A program made the translations under genes and the position numbers. Shown here piece after piece: positions 25,501-37,475 of a stretch of 64,000 bases of DNA. Positions within the stretch are counted from its first letter, which is position 1, and every line of letters starts with the position of its first letter. The notes under the pieces were generated by a model. The model was given only the letters and a program-made list of their open reading frames with translations, was not told the DNA's origin and did no database searches. The stretch comes from Takakia lepidozioides (taxonomy: Eukaryota; Plantae; Bryophyta), in the NCBI GenBank assembly GCA_030704615.1, contig CM060731.1, forward strand, positions 36,518,001 to 36,582,000, written 5' to 3'.

Positions 25501-28500
25501 TTTATGGTGGACGCTTCTGTGGATCTGAAAGACCTCGCAGAAGTGGTCATGTATTTTTCAGTATCAAAGTATTGGTGGGTCTCAATTCAAGATTGTGCAG
25601 TGACCAAGTGTTTTCTGAACTTGTTTATTCTGCGTTACTGTGAATTTGGGCAAAGCTATGACGACACCCTTTTGTCTGTATGAATGTTGCCAAATCAGCA
25701 TTGAGGATGAAGTGTTCAGGATTGCCTCCTGATACTCTCTTTGAATGATTGTTGCCTATTCTCACTATCCTGAGTTCTTTGCTGTCTTCTGGATTTTTCC
25801 AGAATCTACCTGTCCTCCAGCAATAGACTCATTTGTGCAGGTCTTATTTTCTTGAGCTGACAGCAATTGCAAGGTTAAAGGAGCATGCTTGGGCATGGTG
25901 TGCAAGTCTGCAGGTGCTGACGGCCATCGGGAATTTCTGCATCTGCTCTATTGGAATTGGGATGCTAGTGGAGATCATAGTAATGTACGCAGTTCAACAC
26001 CGCAAATACCGGGCAGGCATTGATAACCTGTTAGTTCTCCTCATTGGTGGCATCCCTATTGCAATGCCTACTGTCCTCTCTGTGACAATGGCCATTGGTT
26101 CGCACCGTTTGTCACAACAGGTTGGATATGCATTTCATTGCTGTTCTACTGGATCACGATGCCACTTTTCTGTTGATATTAGATATGAGGTTACGTTGTG
26201 TGTGTAGACCCTACCACCGGGAAAATGTTCTAGAGCTGGTCTTGGATTAACCTACAAAACCTAGTTGATTACTGTATTGCCTCTTTGGCATTCGGTCCTT
26301 GTTGCTGCGTACTTTCAAGGGAATTAGCTTGTCGGAGCCCTGCATCCTATACCACCTTAGCTTCAACCTAAATGCTTTGTTCTTCGACGAGTCTTCAAGG
26401 GGTGAAGGTGAGAGGTACTGACTAAGCATCCCTCCACTCTGCAAGGACTTGGTTGTTGACAAGCCCAGCAATCATTAGTTTACCTGCAGTTTTTTTCTCC
26501 CCATCTTTTATTTTCATTTCTTTCAATCTTGGAAGAAAGAACAATCACAATGTCTTCCTTGCATTTGAAGCCATGGAATAGGGAGTAGAAACCAACCCCT
26601 TGTTTGATTTTGAAAAAGTATATGATGGGGTGAAATGGTCATTCCTAGAGGGCACATGCGGAAGTTGGGTTTCAGCCAGTCAAGTGGGACCGTGTACTGT
26701 TAACATAAATGCTTGAGCTGTCTCAAGCATGTGAAAGATGGAACCTGCTTGGTGACCTTTTTGTGAAACACCTGGTTCTCCTGCCAAAAATAAGTCAATG
26801 CCCTCTCCAAGAGTGGGGTATACATGCAACTTGGGATTATGTTCCAATGTAAAGATTCAATCCGAGCACACTCCCAGCATTATTCAACCTGCCTAAAAAC
26901 TAAATGTTTGGTAATTTGTGCAGGGTGCTATCACAAAAAGAATGACAGCTATTGAGGAGATGGCAGGCATGGATGTCTTATGTAGCGACAAAACTGGGAC
27001 TCTAACTTTGAACAAGCTTTCGGTTGATAAGAATCTCATCGAGGTAGATGTTTTGAATGGCCTTGAGCTGTATGCTTACAGACATTAGCACAGGCTCACT
27101 TTGAGGCCTTGCATTCCGCGGACGTTATAAAGTACCAATTCATTCAAGTCTAGCTTGCCTAGTTTTCTGTGAATGGTGTAGAATTTGTTTTCTTGCCTCC
27201 ACATTCTCCATATTAGACAACCTTCAAAACTTATGTAGAATGTTCTGTATGACTTTCCTTAGTATTAACAATTAGAATTATCATGAAGAGTGTATGTTGG
27301 TTACAACTTCAACAAGGTCGTTTGCCATCAGTTGTGGCTATATTTTATGTGGTTTTTAAATCCCTAACTGCTGATCAGTAATTGGGGTAAAACTAAGGAA
27401 TTGTTCCAATGCAACATTGTCTCCCTCCAGATTTTCACGAAAGGAGTGGACAAGGACATGGTTGTGTTGCTGGCAGCACGAGCTTCCAGGACAGAGAATC
27501 AGGATGCCATTGATATGGCCATCGTCAGCATGCTTGCTGATCCTACGGAGGTAGATTTCAGTCACATTCTCCTGCTCAAAGTGTCTGGTTCAACTTTACT
27601 TGAGGCAAGATAAGCACAGAACGGTGCATATACTTCTCCTGTAGATGCTTCATTTGTTTCTTATCCTGTATGAATAAATGTTTCAGTTAGAATCAATAAA
27701 TGTCAAGGAGGCTTGATGTTGCAGATTAATCAGGTGTTGGAATAAGCTGTCAATATCCCTCTTTTGTGGCTGACTGAAACTACTGTGCAAGGATAGGCTC
27801 GGAGTGGAGTTCAAGAAATTCATTTCCTACCATTCAATCCAACTGATAAGCGCACGGCTCTCACATATATTGACGATTTCGATGGCAAATGGTACCGTGC
27901 TAGCAAAGGAGCACCTGAGCAGGTATATTGATCAATGGGCTGTTGACCAGGTTTCAAGTAGGTTACCATAGAGTCCTCTCTTTCCTCTTTTTGTTGGAGT
28001 ATCTCTTTGGGGGCCTGTTAGTCCTTGAGTGCCGATGTGTGTGGGTGGCTTGTTTGCTCATTCAGCTTGAACTGAATCATTTTGTCGATTACTGGCTATG
28101 CAAAACAGTCCTTGTTACTATCGAGGGAAAAGTAAAATCAAAATCTTTGATTTGTCTAGTAAGTACAACCATGTGCTCATTGATGCACAATTTGCTTGTG
28201 CTCAGATACTGGCGCTGGCTGACAACAAGGCAGAGATTGCTGACAGAGTTCATGCAGTGATTGACAAGTTTGCAGAGCGGGGGCTTCGATCCCTTGCTGT
28301 TGCTAAGCAGGCAAGGGTGCTTCTTTTTCTCATTGATATTTCTGTGTTTATTCGTGGAACATCATCCTTGTGCAAGTGAAGGGGCTTTGGGTATATATTG
28401 ATGCCTGGGGTTGTGGTGCTACTGCTTGTGGATCTCAGGAAGTATCTGAGGGAACCAAAGAGAGTGCTGGCGGCCCATGGAAATTTTGTGGCTTGATGCC

Positions 28501-31500
28501 TCTGTTTGATCCTCCACGTCATGACAGTGCTGAAACCATTCGCCGGGCCCTCAACCTTGGTGTCAATGTCAAAATGATTACAGGTTCTTGCCAAGCCCAA
28601 ATCTCACATTTCTAACTGGAATACATCTCAAGCAGTGTTTTTGAGTTCCTAATGCAGGCACTTTTAAAAGGGGGTGCAGCGTTTTAAGGATTTTGTTTGC
28701 CTGTTGTTTCAGCAGAGTCTAACAAGTTTTTCAAGTTCCACTTTGGGCTGGGTTTCATTTGAGCATCATGTTTTTACAGGAGACCAATTGGCAATAGCAA
28801 AGGAGACAGGCCGTCGTCTTGGTATGGGGACAAATATGTACCCGTCATCATCATTGCTCGGCCAGCATAAGGATCAATCTATTGCATCATTGCCTATTGA
28901 TGAGCTCATAGAGAAGGCCGATGGGTTTGCAGGGGTTTTCCCAGGTTCCAATATCTTTCTCTTTTCCTGTCCTGTAAGCTCTTTGAGCTTCCTATGAGAG
29001 GCTTTAGAATTCCTTCCATCTTTCTTCTTTCATTATCCTTCAAAAATGCTTGTAAGGGACACTCAATCTTCGTGCAATGTTTGGGGTTTGATTTGTTCTT
29101 GGTTTCAGTAGTTCTTTTGTGTTGTTCTGCTGTGACCCATGAGCCCTCTGGGCCTGCTATGGACGTTAAAATTTCTTCTTCTTTTACCTCAAAGAAAGGC
29201 GACTACTCATCGTTTTTTTTGTTCTCGTAAGATACTACTGGAAGGGTGATATCTTTTGTCCAAAGTTTTTGGTGTTGAGTTTGCTCTTAATCAACTGTCA
29301 CATGGTTATCATTACAGAGCACAAGTATGAGATTGTGAAGAGGCTGCAAGAGAAGAAGCATATCTGTGGAATGACTGGAGATGGTGTCAATGATGCACCT
29401 GCTTTGAAGAAGGCCGACATTGGAATTGCCGTTGCTGATGCTACAGATGCTGCCAGGAGTGCTTCAGACATTGTTCTCACAGAACCAGGACTGAGTGTCA
29501 TCATCAGTGCAGTGCTCACAAGCCGTGCTATTTTCCAGAGAATGAAGAACTACACAGTAAGTAGCCAACATTTTAAGATTTGAGTGAAACCCAATTTTTT
29601 TGTATGGATGTCAGGTGCTTGAGCTTGGTCATGGCTTCTTAATTACATTCAAGTGTGAGTATGGTTCACTTCAAAGCTGAGTAAATGTGACGTCACAGTC
29701 AAAATATATAAACCTAACAAAGCTAAATCTTATCCATGTAAACATGCTGATTGGTTTTTGGTAAGTTGGTGGGAATTATCCACAACTAACTTGTAGTTAA
29801 GGTTGGATCGATGCTGATAGAAAATTTTGAGTTCTCATTCTATGTGTATGTTGCTATGCAGATTTATGCTGTATCAATCACCATTCGTATTGTGGTAAGT
29901 TCAAAACTCTTCATTCAATTGTCACCAATTCAAAGCTACTTTTACTGTGATGGATGCTGAAGGGCCCCTCTCTTTGAGCTTTCCGCAGATGTTATAAAGT
30001 ATCATTTCATTTCCACCACTATCTAAAATGCAACATGAAAGTTCTTCAGCGTAAAAGATTACTAAATAGTGCCTGTAATTTTTTTCTGTGCAGCTTGGTT
30101 TTGCCCTGCTGACTTTAATCTGGGAATTCGACTTTCCACCTTTCATGGTTTTGATCATTGCTATCCTCAATGATGGTCAGTCTTGATTTCAGAGTTATTG
30201 CATTGAACTGTAGACTGAAATAGAGATCAACCCATCTAACTGGGTTGTTGATATCTAGATCAAAGTAGTAAGAAATGGTTGGATTTGACGAAATATCACC
30301 TAGTCTGAGAGTCGTTGGAGTCCAACCTTAAGGGGAAAAGTGGGGATTTTGCAGGTAGTGTGTACCCTGAGTGACATCCTTCTAATGGAGCCCATTTTTC
30401 ATGTGTGTGAAGGTACCATTATGACAATCTCCAAAGATAGGGTAAAGCCCTCACCTTTGCCTGACAGCTGGAAGCTAAGGGAAATCTTTGCAACAGGTGT
30501 TGTCATTGGCACATACCTAGCCGTGATGACTGTCGTATTTTTCTGGGCTGCCCGCAAGACTACATTTTTTCAGGTATGAGCATGGATAGTTTTTCTAGAG
30601 AGTCTGCTTGAGTGCATCAATGAAGTAAAAAGTGGGGCCTGGCAATAAGGGAGACATTATAAAGACACCTGTGAAATCAGTTATGCTATCCGCATTTAGT
30701 GTACCACTTGACCCAGTCGTATGCTTGAGCTTGAACACTTACTCGTCTTTCTGATAGAATCTTCAGCGACAAAGTGGCTATCCAGTGGACTACATAAGGT
30801 CACAATTGTTCCAAGACTCTTATTTACAAAGATCTAGCAATTTTTAAAAGTAGCAGCTAATCCCAATATTTATTATGTGATTGACTTGTTTTGAATTTTG
30901 GGTTCAGAGAACGTTTCATGTGGAGGACATCCGGAATGATCATGACAAATTGGTGGCTGCAGTCTACTTGCAAGTTAGCATTGTGAGCCAGGCTCTTATT
31001 TTTGTGACACGGTCCCGAAGTTGGTCATTTGTGGAGCGACCTGGGATCCTTCTCATGATTGCCTTCTGTGTTGCACAGCTGGTTAGACTCGCATCCACCT
31101 TTTTGCTTTTGAGGAAGGATTGTTTCCAGAATAGAAGTGGACATTGTGTTTATATGCAAACAAAGGATATTGGCGTGACAAATTAGAGCCTTTGTGAGCA
31201 GCAGATTGTGGTAGAAGGAGGGTTAAAATTACAAAGCGTATCAGATCTGAAATGTATTGGAATTCAGTCATGCCTCTTACAAGTGCTGCTTTTCATTTGC
31301 CTCGAATTTGGTCTATCATTCACTATGTTATCAGGATACCTTTCAAGTGTGAGGCTAGATTTTGCTCAGTACTCATACAATCTACTTATGCCTATGTCGT
31401 GGTTCTAAGGTCAAATCCATGTTGCATGCTAAACACAAAATGGAGAGGAAAGAAAAGAAGAGAACGTCACTCCAGCTGCAGTTGGCATCCTTTCTACAGC

Positions 31501-33062
31501 TGCTCTGACTTTCTCCATGTTTGGGAGTATAATGTCTTCTGTCTCCTCTCTCTCTGTTACATTCCTCTGCCTCCCATATCGAGACGTGACGTTTGACCTG
31601 TAATCCTGCAGATTGCAACCTTCATAGCTGTCTATGCCAATTGGGACTTTGCCTACATCAATGGTGTAGGCTGGGGCTGGGCCGGTGTGATTTGGCTTTA
31701 TAGCATTATTTTCTACCTGCCTCTGGATATCATCAAGTTTGTGGTGCGTTATATCTTGAGTGGCAAGGCTTGGGATCTTGTCACAGAGCAAAGGGTATGT
31801 TCTTCTCTTATTAACTCTTGCATCTTCTTCTCTGTCATTATGGTGAGACGTTATGTGCCACAACCCACAAGTAGCTGGATAATCAATTTCATTTAGTCCA
31901 CTCTAATTCTACCCGCTAGGATGGGACTAGGCATCGCTGAGGAGTAAGAGAGAGTATCAAGTGCGCAAGGGACTGGCCACTCAAGGTTCCCTTTCTTGCC
32001 CTGTCATCCTTGCTCCACATTGTGTTTCACTTCGCAAGCCTTCACAGTTAGCTCTCCAAGCCAACTCGATCCTTTCTAGATCTATCATACCGACATGTCT
32101 GTACTATAACCTATCATATCACAACCTTCAACAAGCTGAGTGTTCCGAATGCATTGTAAAGAAAAGGCCACTTTGAGGGGCTGTTACTCCAGTCATTATC
32201 TCATGGACAGATGGGAAACAAACAAAGATAGAAACTTTATTAGCATCCGCTGGAACCTTATGAAGTCCCCTGGGGGCCCCAAGGGCCCACGGGCCAAAGT
32301 AGAACACCATGAGAGACTTTGAATTGTTGTTCTTTGTCCAGACGGCATTCACACGGAAGAAGGATTTTGGAAAGGAGGCTCGAGAGGTGAAGTGGGTACA
32401 AGCACAACGTACCCTCCACGGTTTACATCCGCTTGACGACAAGCAGGATGCTGACCGAGGCCCTTGGTTCCATAATACGAATGACATAGCTGAGCAAGCG
32501 AAGAGGCGTGCTGAGATTGCGAGGTGACTATTCTCCTTTCATTCCGTAATCTATATTGAATTTAATCAGTATGTGATAGATAGTGTCCTTATTGCCTTAA
32601 CTGGTGGACATCAGCAATGCCACACCTTTTGGGCAGTCCACTCGAGATACTAACCCTGATGTAGCTTGTTGAGAGGCGCTGTTAAGCCACCAAGAATGAT
32701 AAAACTCAACTTGAAATTGTTGCAACCTCTGAAGGCATAGTCCCCACTGGATACTAACCCCCTGTAGGTGTTGAGAGTCTATAAACCATGGGAGTTTGAA
32801 ACTTAGCTTGAAATTGCAGCACCCTCATTAACAGCCTTATAGGATATTATGCTGATAAGGGAGGGGGAGGGATTTATTAGGGCTGGCATAGACCTATAGT
32901 AGTATTTTTTATCAGCACTCCTCTCTACCCTTGTCTGGCTAACACGTGACAGTTTGGATGTACAGGTTAAGAGAACTACATACGCTAAAAGGACATGTGG
33001 AGTCAGTGGTCAGGCTTAAGGGTTTGGACATCAACACTATACAACAATCATACACTGTGTAA
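22509..33062 (+). CDS. AHA: Plasma-membrane P3A H+-ATPase with penultimate-Thr regulatory C-terminus
   Basis: 21 exons: 22509-22568, 23317-23436, 23740-23838, 24027-24164, 24365-24499, 25220-25399, 25914-26120, 26924-27043, 27431-27550, 27797-27922, 28206-28310 (GC donor), 28439-28583, 28780-28944, 29318-29556, 29862-29894, 30094-30175, 30413-30573, 30908-31081, 31612-31794, 32342-32523, 32966-33062. Motifs [45 protein letters not shown]; ends [27 protein letters not shown]. Confidence 0.96.
26525..26675 (+). pseudogene. Degenerate L1/Tx1-type RT fragment in an H+-ATPase intron
   Basis: Reads approximately [16 protein letters not shown]...[22 protein letters not shown], matching the LINE RT motif DFEKAYD..W.FL. 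Confidence 0.65.
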
Positions 33063-34919
33063 CTATCACTACTTGTATCATATCTCATGCGACCTTTAAT
33101 TTATCAAAGAGCCTCCTTGGGCATATCTCGGCAACATGTGGTGGCATATTTGGGATGGCAGATTTTCACATTCATTCTTGCTTTCTCTGCTGTGCTTACA
33201 AAGTCCTGCAGATATAAGTGGAACACTAGCTCTAACTAAGCCTCTCTTACTAGTTTCCAGAGCAATTAGCAGCTGCAAGTTGGTCTCAAACTAGATTCCC
33301 CCCCAGCCTCAAGCACTTTTTTATTCCACCTTTCTGATTTCAGCCTCCATTTTAACCTTCTCTCGTTGCCCTCCAAGGATATGCAGCTTTGAGTTGTCAT
33401 AGAAAGGGGGAGAGTAGCTTTCGCCAAAGTGCAGCTGCTTTAGCAAGGTTGTTTCTGCTCTGCTTTTTGAAGTGTGAGGTAGCATGTGAGGAGAATCTCT
33501 TAGATGATCCTCTGAGGTTGCTTTCGAAATTCCTTCTGGATAAGTTAAGAGAAAAATTACAAAGGGACACTTCCCAACCTGTGTTTGTTTGAAGTGTCGT
33601 GTACAGTTTAAAAGAGGATCTCTCTGTCAAAATCTATCACCCTCGTGCATCATGTTGAAGCAATTATTGGCGAACCATTCTGTGCTTACGAATTTTGTCG
33701 CACCCAATTCAAGATAGGAAGGGAGCAATATAACCTGAGCTAGCCTGCGTTACTGTGCACTGAGAAGCTATTGTCTCTCTCTCCTTCTCTCATCTGCATT
33801 TGGTGTTGCCACCATCCTGCAATTCCTATGCAGCAATGAGTCTGTTCCATGGAGTACAACACAAACATCAATTCTCATACTGCAGCAAATGGGGGATTGC
33901 TACAGAAGGGAGACAGAAGACAGCAGTGGACTTTTCTGCAGTGAAGCCTGTGGAATGTCCAGCCCTCAAAGCTACTTCTTGCTCTTCAGCCACCGAATAA
34001 ATGTGGTGGTCTCTCAAACTCACTTTCTTTTTCAACTTTGTGATTGCTTCCCATGACAGGCGAGTTCTTCTTTATACTGAACCCATCTCTCGCATCCAGC
34101 TCCTGCTCTTTTGCTGCCATTTGTTGCGGCAAGGCCAGGCTCCTGAAAGAAGTCAGGTTTCTGTGCCTAGCTTCTCAGTGCCTCCCGGGACAAGCTCTGT
34201 GTGGGGAAAACATTTACTTGCAAGGTGCCACGAATGATTGTGGCAAAGCACCCACTATCCTTGGCGTGTACGAGTTCGTCAAACTTGATCGAACAGCACC
34301 GAATCTATCTATAATGACAGTCAACTTCAAAGCACCCACAATCATGGATACGGGGATTATCGAGGATCCACTACAAGACATGACGATGACTGAAAATCAT
34401 GTGCATGGCGAGGAAGCACTACTTATGCACCAACGAACGGTGCATTGATCAGCACTGAGCAGCTAGCTGCGGAACAGTGAAAGAATCAAGAGCACTGGAC
34501 AATCACGAGCAGATTAGAACTCCAATCCAAAACTTGCGATAAGCACTAGTAACGATTCCTAGTTCATGAACATTGTATGCCTGGATGAGATCGAGGATGA
34601 GATCCTCCTTTCCGTGTAAGGCACAACTTGTGCTACCTAGGGGTGAGTAACTCAAGAAAAAGCGTGCAATGCAACGCAGAGATAAAGATAAAAGATAAAG
34701 TTTCTTTAACGTCCAGTGACGCAGAGAGAGAGGCACACGTGGTAAGGCACACGTATGCACGTGGGCCATCTCATGCTCTGTCTTTGATATGCACTTCCAT
34801 ACATTGATGGCAACATATTCAAGTACCATCTCGAGGCATCCCATGCTATGGAGTCTGGTACTGCACTATATGCCATGTTATTTCCTGAGAATTATATTCG
34901 AGTGTATGTCCTGAATTAC

Positions 34920-35384
34920 CTTTTTTTTTTTTAATTTTAGGAAACAGAGGGTAGGGGCCCTGATAACTTTATTTGAAATTATTGGAAGGGAAAAAATTAA
35001 ACCCTTTACAAGCCCCAGGGCTGCCATGAGGCCTAACACACGACACGCCGTGTAGGAGAATCCTGGGTACAGTGGACCTGAGACAGTCGACCTCCTCAAT
35101 ACAAGTAGAATTAAGGAGCGATAAACATAGAGCGACGGAGGAGGAGACCCTCGGATAACCCTAGATCAGGGGGGAGCCAGGCACTAGTGTAGGGTGCCGA
35201 AACAAGAAACCAGCAAGAAGGCAGTCTATCCACGGGTGGCAATGAAGCTTGGACTTAACGGCTGTCTTGATCCAGTTTCAATCTGATCTTTCAAAGTCAG
35301 GGGAGGCTGAAGAGGGGGGCTCTTCTCTGCTGTATGGGGAATTGTTCCTGCCCATAAGCAGGTGTCATTACGTTTAAATAGTAG
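34920..35384 (-). mobile_element. 5'-truncated LINE 3'-UTR copy (related to 42361-43090) with A-tail, bounded by 48-bp direct repeats
   Basis: Shares ttattggaagggaaaaaattaaaccc...gctgccat and tctgatctttcaaa..ggggagg.cgaagagg with 42385-43020. T-run at 34921-34932. Repeats 34872-34919 and 35385-35432 differ at 3 positions. Confidence 0.6.
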
Positions 35385-36964
35385 GCCATGTTATTTCTTG
35401 CGAATTATATTCGAGTATATGTCCTGAATTACATTTAAATATATAATAATTTTTGATACATATCTGATTATCTCTCTATATGATATTAGAGTTCATACTG
35501 AACCTACTACTCAGTATTAATCAATATTACACATAAATATATATATGATAATAATTATATCTAAATTTTTCAGTTTCATGTCAAACATACAACCCACCTC
35601 ATAACCACTGAAAGTTTGATAAGAGAGACAAGAACCATTTTTTATGGAAATAAATGTATTTTCCTTATATAATTTATGAAAGTAGTTGTCTTTATTATAT
35701 TATCCCTTAAAGCACATGGGAACAAGCCTAAACGGCAATGGGCTCTCTTGTTTTGGCAAAACATAAGAGGAAGGTAAGAGTGAGGGGCATGACTCAGCAC
35801 AACACACCAATCGGAGCCTTGACACGGTGTAAGGTCCTATGACCACATTTTCTCCATTGACTTCAACATGTTGCAAAGTCTCTCTACAAGAGAGCCAATA
35901 AAAAATGAGATTGTACGTACCACCCGAGGGTGGGTAGTGATGGTCTAGCATTTACGTATAATACTTGAGGCCTGGCAATATGCTGTAGCCACGTACATAT
36001 AGAGATAGTGGCAAAACACCTGCAATTTGAATTCGATTGTCCTTTGATAAATGTGTCTATATACTCACTAACTAACTACTTACTGAATTAGTACCTAGGG
36101 GGCCTGCATACGTAGGGCCCCAAAAGAAAAGCAAGCAAACAAGAACCATATAGATCTATTAATCAATAGAAACAGTTCGTACTAAACGGCTGATCCGAAC
36201 ATCTTCATTTAATCTATCTTCAACGACACTGTACTACGTCGTGAATCCAGGCTTTGAAGCACCTTAGAAATCTCTTGATGTTCAGTATTGTAGTTTCCAG
36301 TTGCTATTAGAGGGCTTCACTATCAAGCGCATGTCATGGTGCATCTACTAATTTCACCATGATCAAGGAGATGATTCTAATACCATATACTTAGCGCTAA
36401 GGTGATTAGGAATTCAATTTGAATGAATGTGAGTTGCCTAAAATACCTTGCATTATGTTAGGTTCTTTTGTGTTTCTCTCTTGCTGGTTGTGATTGAAAA
36501 TTGTGGGGAAGTCTTAATTTCTGAGAAGGTATTTTCTGTGCACCACCTCAAGATCCAGCCACAAGGCAAACCAAATAATTCGATACTCTAACTATGGATA
36601 TCGCGTTGTTATAGGCTCGGATCACCTCATATAGGATAAAGGAATAACTTGGAAATATTAGCTCACATTCATGCTCATATATGATTGTTGTGCAGGCCTG
36701 AAGTAGCGAGAGCAACGCTACGGAGGCGTGAGCCCACCTTCAGGCCACATCAGCATGAGCGGATGCCACGTCAGCACGAGTGAAGGCTAAGTCAGCAAAT
36801 GCCAAAAGATTGGCGGTTGAAGAAAGAGTACCTATTCCCGCTGGACCTATAACCGTGGGAATAGGCCTGTAAAGTATGATGAAATTATACCCCATTATGA
36901 AAAAAGAGCACATGGCTTCAACGAATAGGTAGGACTGTCAACTCCTGACCTATGCTACATGGAA

Positions 36965-37475
36965 ACAAGACGACACCATTTTGAGCGGCAATTGCCAAAC
37001 AAAACAAAAAATATATCCCCTGAAAGTGGTGGGCGGCACCGCACACCATTTTCAGTTGCATCTGCAGGCCAAAAAACCCCCAAAAAAACCCTAAAAAAAC
37101 CCCTGAAAGTGGTGTGCGGCACCGCACACAACTTTCAATGGCATCTGTGGGGAAAAAAACAAAAAAAACAAAAAAAAACCTAAAAAAAAACCCCAAAAAG
37201 AAAAAAGAAAAAAAAAGACTCCTGAAAAGGGGTGTGCGGCACCGCACACCTCTTTCAGTGGCACCGCACACTAAAAACAAAACCCTAAAAAAACCCTAAA
37301 AACCCCCCTAGAAAAAATCCCACTTTCAGTGGCATCTGCGGGGAAAATAAAAACCCCCCTAAGAACCCCCTAAAAAAACGGTAAAAACCCTATAAACCCG
37401 AAAAAACAAGAAAAGAATTTAGTGGCATTTGCGGGGATAAAAAACCCTAAAAACCCTTTTAAAAAACCCTAATTA
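36965..37475 (+). repeat. Array of hairpin units (ctgaaagtggtgtgcgg-ca-ccgcacaccattttcag) separated by A/C-rich spacers containing aaaccct
   Basis: Units at ~37020-37068, 37103-37152 and 37222-37272, with partial copies at ~37321 and ~37420. Inverted stem ~17 bp. Confidence 0.8.

Noticed and set aside
33380-34860. Possible gene or pseudogene downstream of the H+-ATPase
   Set aside because: Short ORFs on both strands with no motif I can recognise; needs blastx.
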